From an uncultured Clostridia bacterium (GTDB taxonomy: Bacteria; Bacillota; Clostridia; Oscillospirales; UBA644), in NCBI GenBank assembly GCA_947305805.1, contig CAMZEM010000003.1:1-53719 (forward strand): DNA of 53,719 bases, written 5' to 3'. Below are positions 21,409-31,582 of this stretch, one piece after another. The number at the start of each line of letters is the position of its first letter. The first letter of the stretch is position 1. The position numbers and the translations under genes were made by a program. The notes beneath the pieces are model-generated. The model searched no databases and was not told the origin of the DNA. It saw nothing but the letters and a program-made list of their open reading frames with translations.

Positions 21409-21474
21409 ATGATTCCCGAAACGGATTTCTCCGTAAATAATGTGAATTTTAGCCGTTTATTCCGTCTTTTATAT

Positions 21475-21503
21475 ATTATACACTACTTTTAACGAAAAAT
21501 CAA
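21475..21503 (-). promoter_or_regulatory. Sigma-A promoter of the ymdB operon
   Basis: Minus strand TTGATT, 17 bp, TATAAT. Confidence 0.65.
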
Positions 21504-21513
21504 GGACTAACTA

Positions 21514-21541
21514 TTGACAAATAAAAAAAATTCCGTATAAT
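21514..21541 (+). promoter_or_regulatory. Sigma-A promoter of ispD
   Basis: TTGACA, 16 bp, TATAAT. Confidence 0.75.
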
Positions 21542-21572
21542 ATTATTATATTTTAATTATCTATATGAGAGG

Positions 21573-22271
21573 ATGGTTTGTTTGCCCGAAAACGGAGGAA
21601 TTGCCGCGGTAATTGTTGCAGCCGGCTCGTCGGAGCGTTTCGGCAAAGACAAGACGGAGGCGCTTATCTGCGGAATGCAGTGCATAGTTCACACTCTTTT
21701 TGCCTTCGAAAAATCCGAACAGACCGTTCAGACGGTTGTTGTGACGAAAAAAGAGAAAATCGGCTCAATACTCTCGCTGAAAGAACAGTACGGATTCAAA
21801 AAACTTGCCGCGGTTGTTGAAGGCGGAAGCAGCAGACAGGAATCTGCGGCGAAAGGTTTTGCCGCCGCCGGCCCTTCCGTTAAATACATTGCGGTCCACG
21901 ACGCCGCAAGGCCGCTGATAAAGCCCGAAGACATAGACAGAGTTGCTCTCGAAGCATATAAATACGGCGCGGCAATAGCCGCTCTTCGCCAGGTTAACAC
22001 CGTAAAACTCGTTGAGGACGGATTTGTAAAAACGACCGTTTCGCGCGACCGGACCGTTTCCGCGGCAACTCCGCAGATTTTTTCGAGAGAGATTTACGAA
22101 AGAATGATGAGAGAGTTTTACGGCGGTTTTTCCGCTTTTACGGACGATTCTTCAATGGCGGAAAAGCTCGGAATAAAAGTGAAAGCCGTAATCTGTGACG
22201 ATACGAATATAAAAATCACTTCACCGTCGGATATTCTTATTGCAAATGCGATTTTTGCCGAAAGAATGTAA
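21573..22271 (+). CDS. ispD: 2-C-methyl-D-erythritol 4-phosphate cytidylyltransferase
   Basis: AAGS..RFG.DK, GGSSRQES, VHDAARP, TPQIF, TDDSS and NIKIT. Confidence 0.92.
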   Translation: MVCLPENGGIAAVIVAAGSSERFGKDKTEALICGMQCIVHTLFAFEKSEQTVQTVVVTKKEKIGSILSLKEQYGFKKLAAVVEGGSSRQESAAKGFAAAGPSVKYIAVHDAARPLIKPEDIDRVALEAYKYGAAIAALRQVNTVKLVEDGFVKTTVSRDRTVSAATPQIFSREIYERMMREFYGGFSAFTDDSSMAEKLGIKVKAVICDDTNIKITSPSDILIANAIFAERM

Positions 22272-22464
22272 CAGGTCTGTTTCAGCCGTCTGAATTATGT
22301 CTTAAACGGCGAATTTTTGTTTAAAATGCACAAAATTCCGTTCGTTTTTTATGTAAAATATCTAAAAAATCTTCAAACCCCTTTTCAAACGGATAAAAAT
22401 GTGGTATACTGTAATGTATACTTGAATTATTATATTAAACAATCGTTTTTAAGAGAGACGGAAT

Positions 22465-23307
22465 ATGAAAAACAACGCACCGAAAGGTAAAACAACGGGA
22501 AGAAATCCCGCAAGAAAGAAATTTGACGCTCCGCGTCCCGAAAGAAGGCGGGAAGAGCCGAAAAACGAAGACAGCGAAAACATGGTTTACGGAAGAAATT
22601 CCGTTATGGAAACGATTCGTTCGGGCAGAACGGTAGACAAGCTTTTCGTTGCAAAGGGCGAAAGGGAAGGCTCTATAGTCCGCGTAATAGCGATGGCAAG
22701 GGAAAAGGGTATAACGGTTGTTGAAGCGGAAAAGGCGAAGCTTGACAGCATGACGAGATCGTCGTCGCACCAGGGCGTTGTTGCAATAACAACCGAATTT
22801 TCCTACTGCGAGCCGGAGGACATTATCGCATACGCCGAAGAAAAGGGCGAAAAGCCGTTTTTGCTTGTTATAGACGGCATTAACGATCCGCGAAACCTCG
22901 GAGCGATAATAAGAACGGCCGATGCGGCGGGAGTTCACGGCATAATTCTTCCTAAAAGAGGCGCATGCGGACTGACGGCAACCGTATACAAAACCTCCGC
23001 GGGCGCATGCGAGTATATGAAAATTGCGCGGGTTGTGAATATTCCCTCTGCAATCGAGTTTCTTAAAGAAAAAAACATCTGGATCTACGGCACGGACGGA
23101 GACGCTCCCGAAGATATCTACTCAACCGATCTTACCGGAGCGGCGGCGATTGTTATGGGCGACGAGGGCACGGGGCTTTCGAGACTTGTAAAGGAAAGAT
23201 GCGACCGTCTTATTAAAATTCCGATGGCGGGGAATATAACGTCGCTCAATATTTCGGTTGCGGCAGCAGTTGCAATGTATGAAAAAGTCCGACAGGACCG
23301 CAAGTAA
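22465..23307 (+). CDS. rlmB: 23S rRNA (guanosine-2'-O)-methyltransferase, TrmH family
   Basis: HQGVVA, DPRNLGAIIRTA, GDEGTG and SLNISVA SPOUT motifs. Confidence 0.92.
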   Translation: MKNNAPKGKTTGRNPARKKFDAPRPERRREEPKNEDSENMVYGRNSVMETIRSGRTVDKLFVAKGEREGSIVRVIAMAREKGITVVEAEKAKLDSMTRSSSHQGVVAITTEFSYCEPEDIIAYAEEKGEKPFLLVIDGINDPRNLGAIIRTADAAGVHGIILPKRGACGLTATVYKTSAGACEYMKIARVVNIPSAIEFLKEKNIWIYGTDGDAPEDIYSTDLTGAAAIVMGDEGTGLSRLVKERCDRLIKIPMAGNITSLNISVAAAVAMYEKVRQDRK

Positions 23308-23345
23308 AAGACAGAAACATCACAAAATAATCTGATCAGCCGGAG

Positions 23346-24992
23346 TTGTTTATTTTGAAAGACAGTTATTATATCGAGCAGAACAATATAGCTCAGTCGT
23401 CCAAAGACGCGTTTCTCGTTAAAACGCTCGTTGCGGCTTTTTCCGCGTTGCTTACCGCCGTGCTTGCAGCCGTCGGTCTTTCTCCGCTTGTAAACGGAAT
23501 AGTCGGAATCGTTTTGTCGGTAACCGTTTTCGTCTTCTGTGTGCAGGAAATGGCGGACGGACTTGTTTCCGTTTTCAGAATGCATCCGTCAAACGATTCG
23601 TTCTCGTCGGTGGCGCTGATAGCGGCGGCAGTTCATTCGCTTACGCTTATTATCGCAAGACCGGAGGGAACGCTGAGGATTTTCACGCCCGTGATATTTG
23701 CCTCGGTTGCCGTGTCAATGTTTATGAAATACCTTTTCATCTGCGAAATCATAAAAAATCTGGATCTTATAAGGGACAATAAAACGTACGTTGTAAACAC
23801 AGGCGAGGTTGACCTTCAGAAGAGGCTTATAGACCGCATTTGCGTTGTAAATCCCGTTATACGCTTCCCCAACGTTGTGGAAACGACGTATTCGGGAGAC
23901 CCTTCCGAGGAAAAAATACGCGTTTTCGTTCCCGTGGCGTGCGGCGCGATACTTTTTGTATCGGTAATAATCGGCATCTTTTCCGGCTTTACCGCATTTG
24001 CCGCATCGCTTGCCGCGCTTTTTGCGACAGCCGCTTCCTTTACCGCGGAAATGGCGTTTGTGCTGCCTTACGTTGCAGAGCAGAGACGGCTGAGAAAGCT
24101 CGGAAGCGTACTTTTAGGATACCATTCGATAGACGTTATGCGCGACGTTTCAACCCTCGTTGTTTCGGACAAAGATCTTTTCCCCGGCAAATACACGAAA
24201 ATGGAGCGTTTCCGTTTTCGCAACAAGGAGCTTATGGCGGACGCCGTTGAGTTTACCGCGGCTCTTCTTCTTGCCGCCGAAACCCCGTTTGCAAAAACGT
24301 ATGCCGCATCAACCGGGTGCGACATTTCACGTCTGCCCGAAGTTGACGACTGGCATTATATGAAAAATTACGGCATTCAGGGCCATATTTACGGCGACGA
24401 AGTGCTTGTGGGCAACAGAAACATGCTTCTTTCATACGAAATTCTTCCTCTTCCGCAGGAAACCGAGGCGTCGCTCACTTCAACAAACAGAAGTATTCTT
24501 TATACCGCAATAAACGGAGTGCTCGTTTCGTATACCGTTTTCAGCTATATGTGCGATCCCGAAATGAAGCGCGCCGCCGAAACCGTAGGCGAGGATTTTT
24601 CGATAATTGCGCTCACAAACGACTGCAACATCACCGAAACCGCAGTTCAGAAGCTTTACGGACTTCACAACACAAAAATACTAATTCCCGACGAAAACGA
24701 GAAGGACAGAATCGCGGAAGCCACAAAGTCCGCAGACGAGGCCGCAGAGCTGCCGGATATGATAACAACGAAAAACGCAATCGGAATTCTTTCTTCGGTA
24801 AGAAAAGCGAAAAAGCTTGCGGCAGCCGTAAATATAAGCGTTCTTTTAAAAACGGCGTCGATAATTCTCGGCCTTGTTCTCACCGCCGCGGCGTTTTTCA
24901 TAAATCCGTCGCTCCCCGGCGCGCTCTGGGTATTCCTTTTCAATCTTATCTGGACTTTGCCGGTGCTGTTTATAACTTTTGTTAAAAAATAA
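23346..24992 (+). CDS. Polytopic membrane protein resembling a degenerate P1B-type ATPase
   Basis: N- and C-terminal TM clusters; GIQGHIYGDEVLVGNRNML resembles the N-domain; canonical catalytic motifs are absent. TTG start at 23346 or 23355 (GGAG favours 23355). Confidence 0.65.
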   Translation: MFILKDSYYIEQNNIAQSSKDAFLVKTLVAAFSALLTAVLAAVGLSPLVNGIVGIVLSVTVFVFCVQEMADGLVSVFRMHPSNDSFSSVALIAAAVHSLTLIIARPEGTLRIFTPVIFASVAVSMFMKYLFICEIIKNLDLIRDNKTYVVNTGEVDLQKRLIDRICVVNPVIRFPNVVETTYSGDPSEEKIRVFVPVACGAILFVSVIIGIFSGFTAFAASLAALFATAASFTAEMAFVLPYVAEQRRLRKLGSVLLGYHSIDVMRDVSTLVVSDKDLFPGKYTKMERFRFRNKELMADAVEFTAALLLAAETPFAKTYAASTGCDISRLPEVDDWHYMKNYGIQGHIYGDEVLVGNRNMLLSYEILPLPQETEASLTSTNRSILYTAINGVLVSYTVFSYMCDPEMKRAAETVGEDFSIIALTNDCNITETAVQKLYGLHNTKILIPDENEKDRIAEATKSADEAAELPDMITTKNAIGILSSVRKAKKLAAAVNISVLLKTASIILGLVLTAAAFFINPSLPGALWVFLFNLIWTLPVLFITFVKK

Positions 24993-25017
24993 AAATGCAA
25001 TGCCGCAGGCATTGCAT
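24985..25017 (-). terminator. Hairpin whose T tail is on the minus strand only
   Basis: atgcaatgcc-gca-ggcattgcat perfect 10-bp stem preceded by an A-rich run. Confidence 0.5.
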
Positions 25018-25063
25018 AACATCAATTCAGTCAATCAGATTATTCTATATTCGGAGGTTATTT

Positions 25064-25789
25064 ATGTCAGGTCATTCCAAATGGAAAAACATTATGCATA
25101 AAAAGGAGAAGACGGATAAACAGAGAGCCGGAATCTTCACAAAAATAGGCAGAGAGATAGTTCTTGCCGTTAAAGCCGGAGGCCCCGATCCCGAATCGAA
25201 CGGAAGGCTCAAAGACGTTATTTTAAAGGCGAAGGCAAACAACGTTCCCAACGACAATATCGAAAGAAGCATAAAGAAAGCCGCAGGCGACGAAGAAAAC
25301 GTAAACTACGAAGAGATAACTTACGAGGGCTACGGTCCCGCGGGAATCGCCGTAATCGTTGAAGCGGTAACTGAAAACAGAAACAGAACCGCAGCCGACG
25401 TCCGCCACTATTTCGATAAATACGGCGGAAATCTCGGTCAGACCGGCTCTGTAAACTGGCAGTTTACGAAAAAGGGCGTTATAGTTATAGACAAGGAAGA
25501 GTATTCCGAAGACAAGCTCATGGAAGACGTTCTCGACCTTGACGTTGAAGACTACGCCGTTGAGGAAGAGGTATACGAAATATATACCGCGCCCGATATG
25601 CTCAGCCCCGTATGCGAAGCGCTTGAAAAGAAGGGATACTCCTTCCTTTCTGCGGAAGTTGAACAGGTTCCGTCCACGTATATCACGCTTACGGACGAGG
25701 AACAGATAAAGAATATGCAGAAGCTTCTCGAACATCTCGAAGATAACGACGACGTTCAGAACGTTTGGCATAACTGGGACGAACAGTGA
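25064..25789 (+). CDS. YebC/PmpR-family protein
   Basis: MSGHSKWKNI, YEGYGPAG and DDVQNVWHN; ATG 25064 after GGAGG. Confidence 0.96.
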   Translation: MSGHSKWKNIMHKKEKTDKQRAGIFTKIGREIVLAVKAGGPDPESNGRLKDVILKAKANNVPNDNIERSIKKAAGDEENVNYEEITYEGYGPAGIAVIVEAVTENRNRTAADVRHYFDKYGGNLGQTGSVNWQFTKKGVIVIDKEEYSEDKLMEDVLDLDVEDYAVEEEVYEIYTAPDMLSPVCEALEKKGYSFLSAEVEQVPSTYITLTDEEQIKNMQKLLEHLEDNDDVQNVWHNWDEQ

Positions 25790-26410
25790 TTGTATCCGAA
25801 TACAAATTATAAAATGAAAACAGAAAATCCCGTAAAAACAGTACTCGCTTCGGCGTCACCGAGAAGAAAAGAGCTTCTTGAAAAGCTCGGGGTCGATTTT
25901 GAAATCGTAGTATCGGACGCCGACGAAACGAGCGATATCTCCTCGCCCGACGAGCTTGTGCGTTTTCTTTCGTTAAAGAAAGCGGAAAGCGTAAGAAAAC
26001 TTCGCCCCGACGCGGTTGTGATTGCCGCCGATACGGTAGTCTGGCTTGAAGGCGAAGGCATTATGGGCAAGCCGAAAGACAAAGCGGACGCATACCGCAT
26101 GGTTTCCGCGCTTTCGGCCAACGTAAACGAGGTATACACGGGGGTAACCGTTGCGGACAGCGGCGGAACGGAGACTTTTTCCGTTAAAACTCTCGTTTAT
26201 TTCAAGTCGCTTACGGAAGAAGAGATACGCGAATACGTTGAAAGCGAAGAATGCTCAGACAAAGCGGGCGCCTACGCAATTCAGGGCAGGGCGTGCGTTT
26301 TTATCGACAGAATAGAGGGCGACTATTTCAACGTGGTGGGACTTCCCCTCTCACCGCTTTACGACATACTTAAAAGGAAGGGGGTAACGTTTTGGGCGCA
26401 TACGACATAG
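25790..26410 (+). CDS. maf: Maf nucleoside-triphosphate pyrophosphatase
   Basis: ASASPRRKELL, AADT, DKAGAYAIQG and NVVGLP; start is TTG 25790 or ATG 25814. Confidence 0.95.
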   Translation: MYPNTNYKMKTENPVKTVLASASPRRKELLEKLGVDFEIVVSDADETSDISSPDELVRFLSLKKAESVRKLRPDAVVIAADTVVWLEGEGIMGKPKDKADAYRMVSALSANVNEVYTGVTVADSGGTETFSVKTLVYFKSLTEEEIREYVESEECSDKAGAYAIQGRACVFIDRIEGDYFNVVGLPLSPLYDILKRKGVTFWAHTT

Positions 26411-27390
26411 GTATAGACCTCGGCACGAGCAATACCCGTTTTTACAGCAAATCAAAAGGTTTTCTGCTTAAAGAGCCTTCCGTTATCGCCATGGAAAGCT
26501 TTTCAAACAAGCTTATGGCGGTAGGCGAAGAGGCAAGGCAGATGCTCGGCCGCACTCCCGATACCGTAACCGCCATCCGCCCGCTTGCGGAAGGCGTAAT
26601 AGCCAATTTTGAAAGAACGTCCATAATGCTGAACGCCTTCATAAGCAGAATAAAGCGGCCGTTTACCCCGATACGCGCCGTTGTAACCGTGCCGTACCGC
26701 ACAACCGCGGTTGAAAGACGCGCCGTTGAAGACGCTGTATCGTCCGCAAAAGTAAAAAAAGTTCATCTTATAGACGATCCGCTCGCCGCGGCAATAGGGC
26801 TTAACCTCCCGCTTTTCGAACCGAGCGGACATATGATAGTTGATATAGGCGGCGGCACAACGGAAATATCCGTAGTATCGCTCGGTGGCATAGTTGCATC
26901 TACAACGTGCCAGTTCAGCGGCACGCAGATGGACAAGGACATAGTATCGTATGTAAGAAAAACATACAATATTCTCATAGGCGACCAAATAGCCGAGGAG
27001 ATAAAAATTAAGCTCGGCTCCGCAGTTGAAAGAGAAACCGTTGATTTTATGACGGTAAGCGGACGCGACCTGATAGACGGTCTTCCGCTCAATCTCACAA
27101 TTTCGTCGGACGAGGTTTACATTGCCATAAAAGATTCGCTTGACGGCATAATCGACGCGATAAAAACAACTCTTGAACGCGTAGACCCCGAACTTGCGGC
27201 GGATATCATCCAGAACGGAATTACGCTTATAGGCGGCGGTTCGCAGCTGCCGGGCTGGAGCGAATTTGTATATACGGAAACGGGAGTTTCCTCCGATGTT
27301 GCCGTAAACGCTCTCGACTGCGTTGCGATCGGCGCGGGCAGAGCGGCGGGAATGCTTGACAAGCTTAAAATTTCCGCAACAATAGACTGA
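26392..27390 (+). CDS. mreB: Rod shape-determining actin homologue MreB
   Basis: GIDLGTSN, DIGGGTTE and GGGSQL; heads mreBCD. Confidence 0.93.
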   Translation: MGAYDIGIDLGTSNTRFYSKSKGFLLKEPSVIAMESFSNKLMAVGEEARQMLGRTPDTVTAIRPLAEGVIANFERTSIMLNAFISRIKRPFTPIRAVVTVPYRTTAVERRAVEDAVSSAKVKKVHLIDDPLAAAIGLNLPLFEPSGHMIVDIGGGTTEISVVSLGGIVASTTCQFSGTQMDKDIVSYVRKTYNILIGDQIAEEIKIKLGSAVERETVDFMTVSGRDLIDGLPLNLTISSDEVYIAIKDSLDGIIDAIKTTLERVDPELAADIIQNGITLIGGGSQLPGWSEFVYTETGVSSDVAVNALDCVAIGAGRAAGMLDKLKISATID

Positions 27391-27428
27391 TTGCAATTTT
27401 TTCATTATAACTGAACGGAGGTGCCTTT

Positions 27429-28265
27429 ATGCGCGACTTTTTCCGCGGAAAATTTTTTATAACGCTCGTTTTTATTGCCGCGTTTTTGCTCGGATTTATG
27501 CTCAACATGATTCTTGACGGCGGAATTACGGCGCCAAGAGACCTTATAGGCATTATATCGTCTCCGTTCGCATCTTTCGGCACCTGGGTAAAAAACGGCG
27601 TTACGGATTTTTTTGAGACTTTTTCCGAGTATTCCTCTCTCAAAAAAGAAAACGAACAGCTTATAAAAAGAATAACGGAGCTTGAAACGTCGCTTGCTGA
27701 CACGTACAACGAAAAAGTTGAAGCGGAACGTCTTCGCGGCCTTGCCTCCGTTACCGAAACCGCGCCCGAGCTTCATTTTATCGCAGCGGACGTCGTTTTG
27801 ACGGCTGCGGACGGCTACGGCTCCACTTTTTCGGTAAACAAAGGCACTCTTGACGGCATAACGCTTAATTCCGTAGCTGTAGCGGCGGGCGGTCTTGTGG
27901 GAAAAGTTACCGCGGTAGGTCTTAACTGGGCTACCGTTACGGCAATAACCGATCCTTCCATGTCTGTGGGAGCTACCGTAAAAAGAAGCGAAGCTACGGG
28001 TGTTACCGAGGGCGAAACCGCTCTTCGCGCAAACGGATGCTGCCGTCTTTCGTATCTTACTCCCGATGCTTCGGTAGTAAGGGGAGACCTTGTATTCACG
28101 TCGGGGCTCGGCGGCGTTTTTCCCGCGGGCATATTTATCGGCACGGTATCTCAGGTTGAATCGGAAGAAAACGGGCTTGCGCAGAACGCCACAATTGAAG
28201 TGGGGGCGGATCTTACCTCTCTTCGCCGCATTTACATAACGGACGGAGCGTGGAACGGCGAATGA
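27429..28265 (+). CDS. mreC: Rod shape-determining protein MreC
   Basis: N-terminal TM, coiled coil LKKENEQL, and TSGLGGVFPAGI. Confidence 0.95.
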   Translation: MRDFFRGKFFITLVFIAAFLLGFMLNMILDGGITAPRDLIGIISSPFASFGTWVKNGVTDFFETFSEYSSLKKENEQLIKRITELETSLADTYNEKVEAERLRGLASVTETAPELHFIAADVVLTAADGYGSTFSVNKGTLDGITLNSVAVAAGGLVGKVTAVGLNWATVTAITDPSMSVGATVKRSEATGVTEGETALRANGCCRLSYLTPDASVVRGDLVFTSGLGGVFPAGIFIGTVSQVESEENGLAQNATIEVGADLTSLRRIYITDGAWNGE

Positions 28266-28771
28266 GAAGCAGAATAATAGGTTATTCGCTCGTTTTTATC
28301 GTTTTTCTGTTTTTTGATGCGGTTTTCGTTCCCGTAAGAATATTCGGCGTAGGACCGTGCATTCTGCTTTCCGCAACGGTCTGTCTCGGTATTTTCGAAA
28401 AAGAGCGTTTCGGTGCGATTTACGGGCTTGTTTTCGGTCTTTTTCTCGATTTTGCAACGTCCGCGGTTTTCGGCGTCAATGCTCTTGCGTTTATGATTAT
28501 CGGTTTTGTTGCCGGCGTATTTGCGCAGAGCAGACTTTCCGTATCGTTTTTCGGCGCAGTGCTTTTAACCGCGGTTTCCGCAGCCGTTTACACGGTATCG
28601 GTATCGCTTCTTTATTCGTTTTTCGAGTCGCAGGCGCTTGCGGACGTGCTTTTGTATGCAACGCTCCCGAGATTTGCGCTTACCGTGCCTGCCGTTATTG
28701 TCACATATCCGCTCACTAAGCTGCTCAGCAAACTGTTTGCGCGCCGTGAAGAAAGGCGGAACGTATGGTAG
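28250..28771 (+). CDS. mreD: Rod shape-determining protein MreD
   Basis: Hydrophobic 173-aa protein with GAIYGLVFGLFLD, between mreC and the PBP gene; start may be ATG 28262. Confidence 0.88.
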   Translation: MERRMRSRIIGYSLVFIVFLFFDAVFVPVRIFGVGPCILLSATVCLGIFEKERFGAIYGLVFGLFLDFATSAVFGVNALAFMIIGFVAGVFAQSRLSVSFFGAVLLTAVSAAVYTVSVSLLYSFFESQALADVLLYATLPRFALTVPAVIVTYPLTKLLSKLFARREERRNVW

Positions 28772-30792
28772 AAAAAACTCCGCGTATCGTAAAAATATTC
28801 GCGTTTTTCCTTATAATAATCGGGTTTTTTACGCTTCAGCTTATAAAACTGCAGCTTATTGACGGCAGTGATTACCTTGAAGCGTCTAAAAACAGCGTTA
28901 TCACAAAAACGAGAGTCCGCGCGTCGAGAGGCGAAATTCTCGACAGATTCTGCCGTCCGATAGTTCAGAACAGTTCGGTTATGGACGTTGAGTTTAACAG
29001 AAGTCTTATAAAGGACATGAACAAAACGGTTGACGCCGTAATCGAAATTTTCGAAAAGTGCGGCGACAGCTACAACGATTCGTTCCCGATTTCCAAAACC
29101 GAGCCGTATATCTATTATGAAGACTATCTTGCCTCGCAGTCAAGTGTTTCCGCGTTTTCCTCGTGGCTGAAAAACAAGAGAATAGCTCAGAATATGACTG
29201 CGGAAGATACTCTTGCGGCGCTTGTAAAGTATTATAAACTCGCGGACTATCCGCTCGAAAGAGCAAGAAACATTATCGCGGTCCGCTACGAGGCGGAAAA
29301 AAACGGTTCGGGCTACTTTTTCACTTTTGCGGATAACGTAAGTCTCGAAGCGGTTACGATGGTAAAGGAAAGAAGCTCGGAGCTTCCCGGCGTAACGGTT
29401 GAAATGGACAGCGAACGTTCGTTTGTTTACGAGCGTTTCGCCTCGCATATTATCGGTTATACGGGCAGGATTTCCGCAGAGGAATACGAGGCGAGAAAAG
29501 ACAGCGGATATTACATAAACGACACACTCGGCAAGGAAGGCATAGAAAGAATAGCCGAGGAATGGCTTCGCGGCACGGACGGTTACAAATACGCGCAGAC
29601 CGATAAATCGGGAAACGTTGTAGACATAATAAAAGATATAGAGCCGCAGTCGGGCTACGACGTAATAATAACGCTCGACACGGATATGCAGAAGATAACG
29701 GAGGCCTCTCTCGAAAAAGTTATCCGCGAACTTAAAGCGCAAAACGGCGAAGAGGCGGCAAATTCCGGCGCGGCGATTTTTATGGACATTCATTCGGGAG
29801 AAATACTCTCGATGGCGTCTTACCCCACATACAACCTCGCAACTTACAACCGCGATTTTCCAACCCTCGTAAACGACCCTTCGAAGCCTTACGTAAACAG
29901 GGCGATTTCTGGTCTTTTCCCGCCCGGATCGACTTATAAAATGGTAACGGGCGTTGCGGGGCTCGAAGAAGGGGTTATCACAACAAAAACAACGTACCGC
30001 TGCACGGGCTTTTACACTTATTACGAAACGTATCAGCCCTCGTGCTTTGCAAATACGGCGCACGGCAACGTAAATATATATACCGCGTTAAAACGCTCCT
30101 GCAACGGATTTTTCTTTGACGTCGGAAGGATTTTAACGATAGACAGACTGAGCAAATACGGCGCGCTTTTCGGATTCGGTCAGAAAACGGGAATAGATCT
30201 TCCCGGAGAAAGCCGCGGTACTCTTGCAAACAAGGAATATCTTCAGTCTATGGGCGAAACGTGGCAGGCTGCGGATACGATACTTACCGCTATCGGACAG
30301 TCATACACCACGGCAACGCCGCTGCAGCTTGTAAATTACGTTGCAACTCTCGCAAACGGCGGCACACGGTATCAGCCGCACATAATCAAAGCTGTAAGAA
30401 ACAAAACGACGGGCGAAGTAATAAGCGAAACGCAAAAAACGATACTTCAGAGGTTTGAACTCAATCCGTCAACCGTTAAGGCGATACTCGAAGGTATGCG
30501 CATGGCGGCTATGGAACAGGGCGGTTCGGCGTATGCGGGCTTTGAAAATTTCAGCGTAACAACGCTTGCGGTAAAAACGGGAACAGCCGAAACGACGGGC
30601 ATCCCCACGTCGCTGATGATAGGCGTGGCGCCTGCCGAAGACCCGCAGATTGCCTTTGCGGTAGTAATTGAAAACGGCGGACTCAGCGCCTCGCCGATAA
30701 ATGCGGAACTCGTAAAAGACGTTTTAACGTATTATTTTTCACACGAAGAGCGGTTTATAGCCGCAAACAGCGAAGGGGAGCTTATAAGCTGA
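28765..30792 (+). CDS. mrdA: Class B penicillin-binding protein 2
   Basis: RGEILDR, GSTYK (SxxK), SCN and KTGT. Confidence 0.92.
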   Translation: MVEKTPRIVKIFAFFLIIIGFFTLQLIKLQLIDGSDYLEASKNSVITKTRVRASRGEILDRFCRPIVQNSSVMDVEFNRSLIKDMNKTVDAVIEIFEKCGDSYNDSFPISKTEPYIYYEDYLASQSSVSAFSSWLKNKRIAQNMTAEDTLAALVKYYKLADYPLERARNIIAVRYEAEKNGSGYFFTFADNVSLEAVTMVKERSSELPGVTVEMDSERSFVYERFASHIIGYTGRISAEEYEARKDSGYYINDTLGKEGIERIAEEWLRGTDGYKYAQTDKSGNVVDIIKDIEPQSGYDVIITLDTDMQKITEASLEKVIRELKAQNGEEAANSGAAIFMDIHSGEILSMASYPTYNLATYNRDFPTLVNDPSKPYVNRAISGLFPPGSTYKMVTGVAGLEEGVITTKTTYRCTGFYTYYETYQPSCFANTAHGNVNIYTALKRSCNGFFFDVGRILTIDRLSKYGALFGFGQKTGIDLPGESRGTLANKEYLQSMGETWQAADTILTAIGQSYTTATPLQLVNYVATLANGGTRYQPHIIKAVRNKTTGEVISETQKTILQRFELNPSTVKAILEGMRMAAMEQGGSAYAGFENFSVTTLAVKTGTAETTGIPTSLMIGVAPAEDPQIAFAVVIENGGLSASPINAELVKDVLTYYFSHEERFIAANSEGELIS

Positions 30793-30805
30793 AGGAGACA
30801 CATTT

Positions 30806-31558
30806 ATGAGCAGACTGACAGTTGTTGCGTCGGGCAAGGGCGGCGTCGGGAAAACGACGCTGGCGGCAAATCTTGCGGCATGCCTTGCCAAAAGAGGTAA
30901 AAAGGTAATTGCCTTTGACTGCGACATTTATTTAAAAAACCTCGATATCGTATTCGGGGTTCAGAACAGTCATATCTGGGATATAGGCGACGTTTTCGAG
31001 GGCAGATGCAAACTCGAAGACGCCGTGATAAAAGCAGGCGACAGCGATAATCTCTTTCTTGTTGCGGGACCGCTTCGCGCAACGGAAAACCCGCAGGGAC
31101 TTACGGATTTTATACTCAAAACGGCAAAAGAGTTTCTTGCAAACGGCGAATACGACCATATAATCCTCGACTGTCCGTCAGGCGCGGGACACGGAATCGA
31201 AGAGTATTTTATAAGGGGTTCGCACGTTATTGTGGTTGCAACGCCAGATCTTACTTCGATTCACGATGCGCAGGTTACCGCAGCTGCGGCGTATGCGGCG
31301 GGAGCGGACGTGTCGCTCGTTGTAAACAGAATCAGGGCAAAATCGGTTGAAGACGGCACGTCTCCCGATATGGACGAGATAATAGACAGCGTGGGAATAA
31401 AGCTTCTCGGGCTTATTCCCGAAGACGGCAAAACCTCCGAGGCGCTCAATGCGGGAAAGCTTATTACCGACATAAAACGTTCGCGTTCGAAAAAATCCTA
31501 TGCGAATATCGCCGCAAGAGTTGACGGCGAGTTTACGGAACTTTACAGGTTCTGGTAA
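30806..31558 (+). CDS. minD: MinD-family ATPase
   Basis: SGKGGVGKTT, DCD, DCPSG and VNR. Confidence 0.88.
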   Translation: MSRLTVVASGKGGVGKTTLAANLAACLAKRGKKVIAFDCDIYLKNLDIVFGVQNSHIWDIGDVFEGRCKLEDAVIKAGDSDNLFLVAGPLRATENPQGLTDFILKTAKEFLANGEYDHIILDCPSGAGHGIEEYFIRGSHVIVVATPDLTSIHDAQVTAAAAYAAGADVSLVVNRIRAKSVEDGTSPDMDEIIDSVGIKLLGLIPEDGKTSEALNAGKLITDIKRSRSKKSYANIAARVDGEFTELYRFW

Positions 31559-31582
31559 TTACGGGGAGAAAGGAATTTTATT

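Noticed and set aside
22403-22421. GTATAC-N6-GTATAC repeat overlapping the probable rlmB -10
   Set aside because: Short, AT-rich context, with one copy explained by the -10 itself; not distinguishable from chance.
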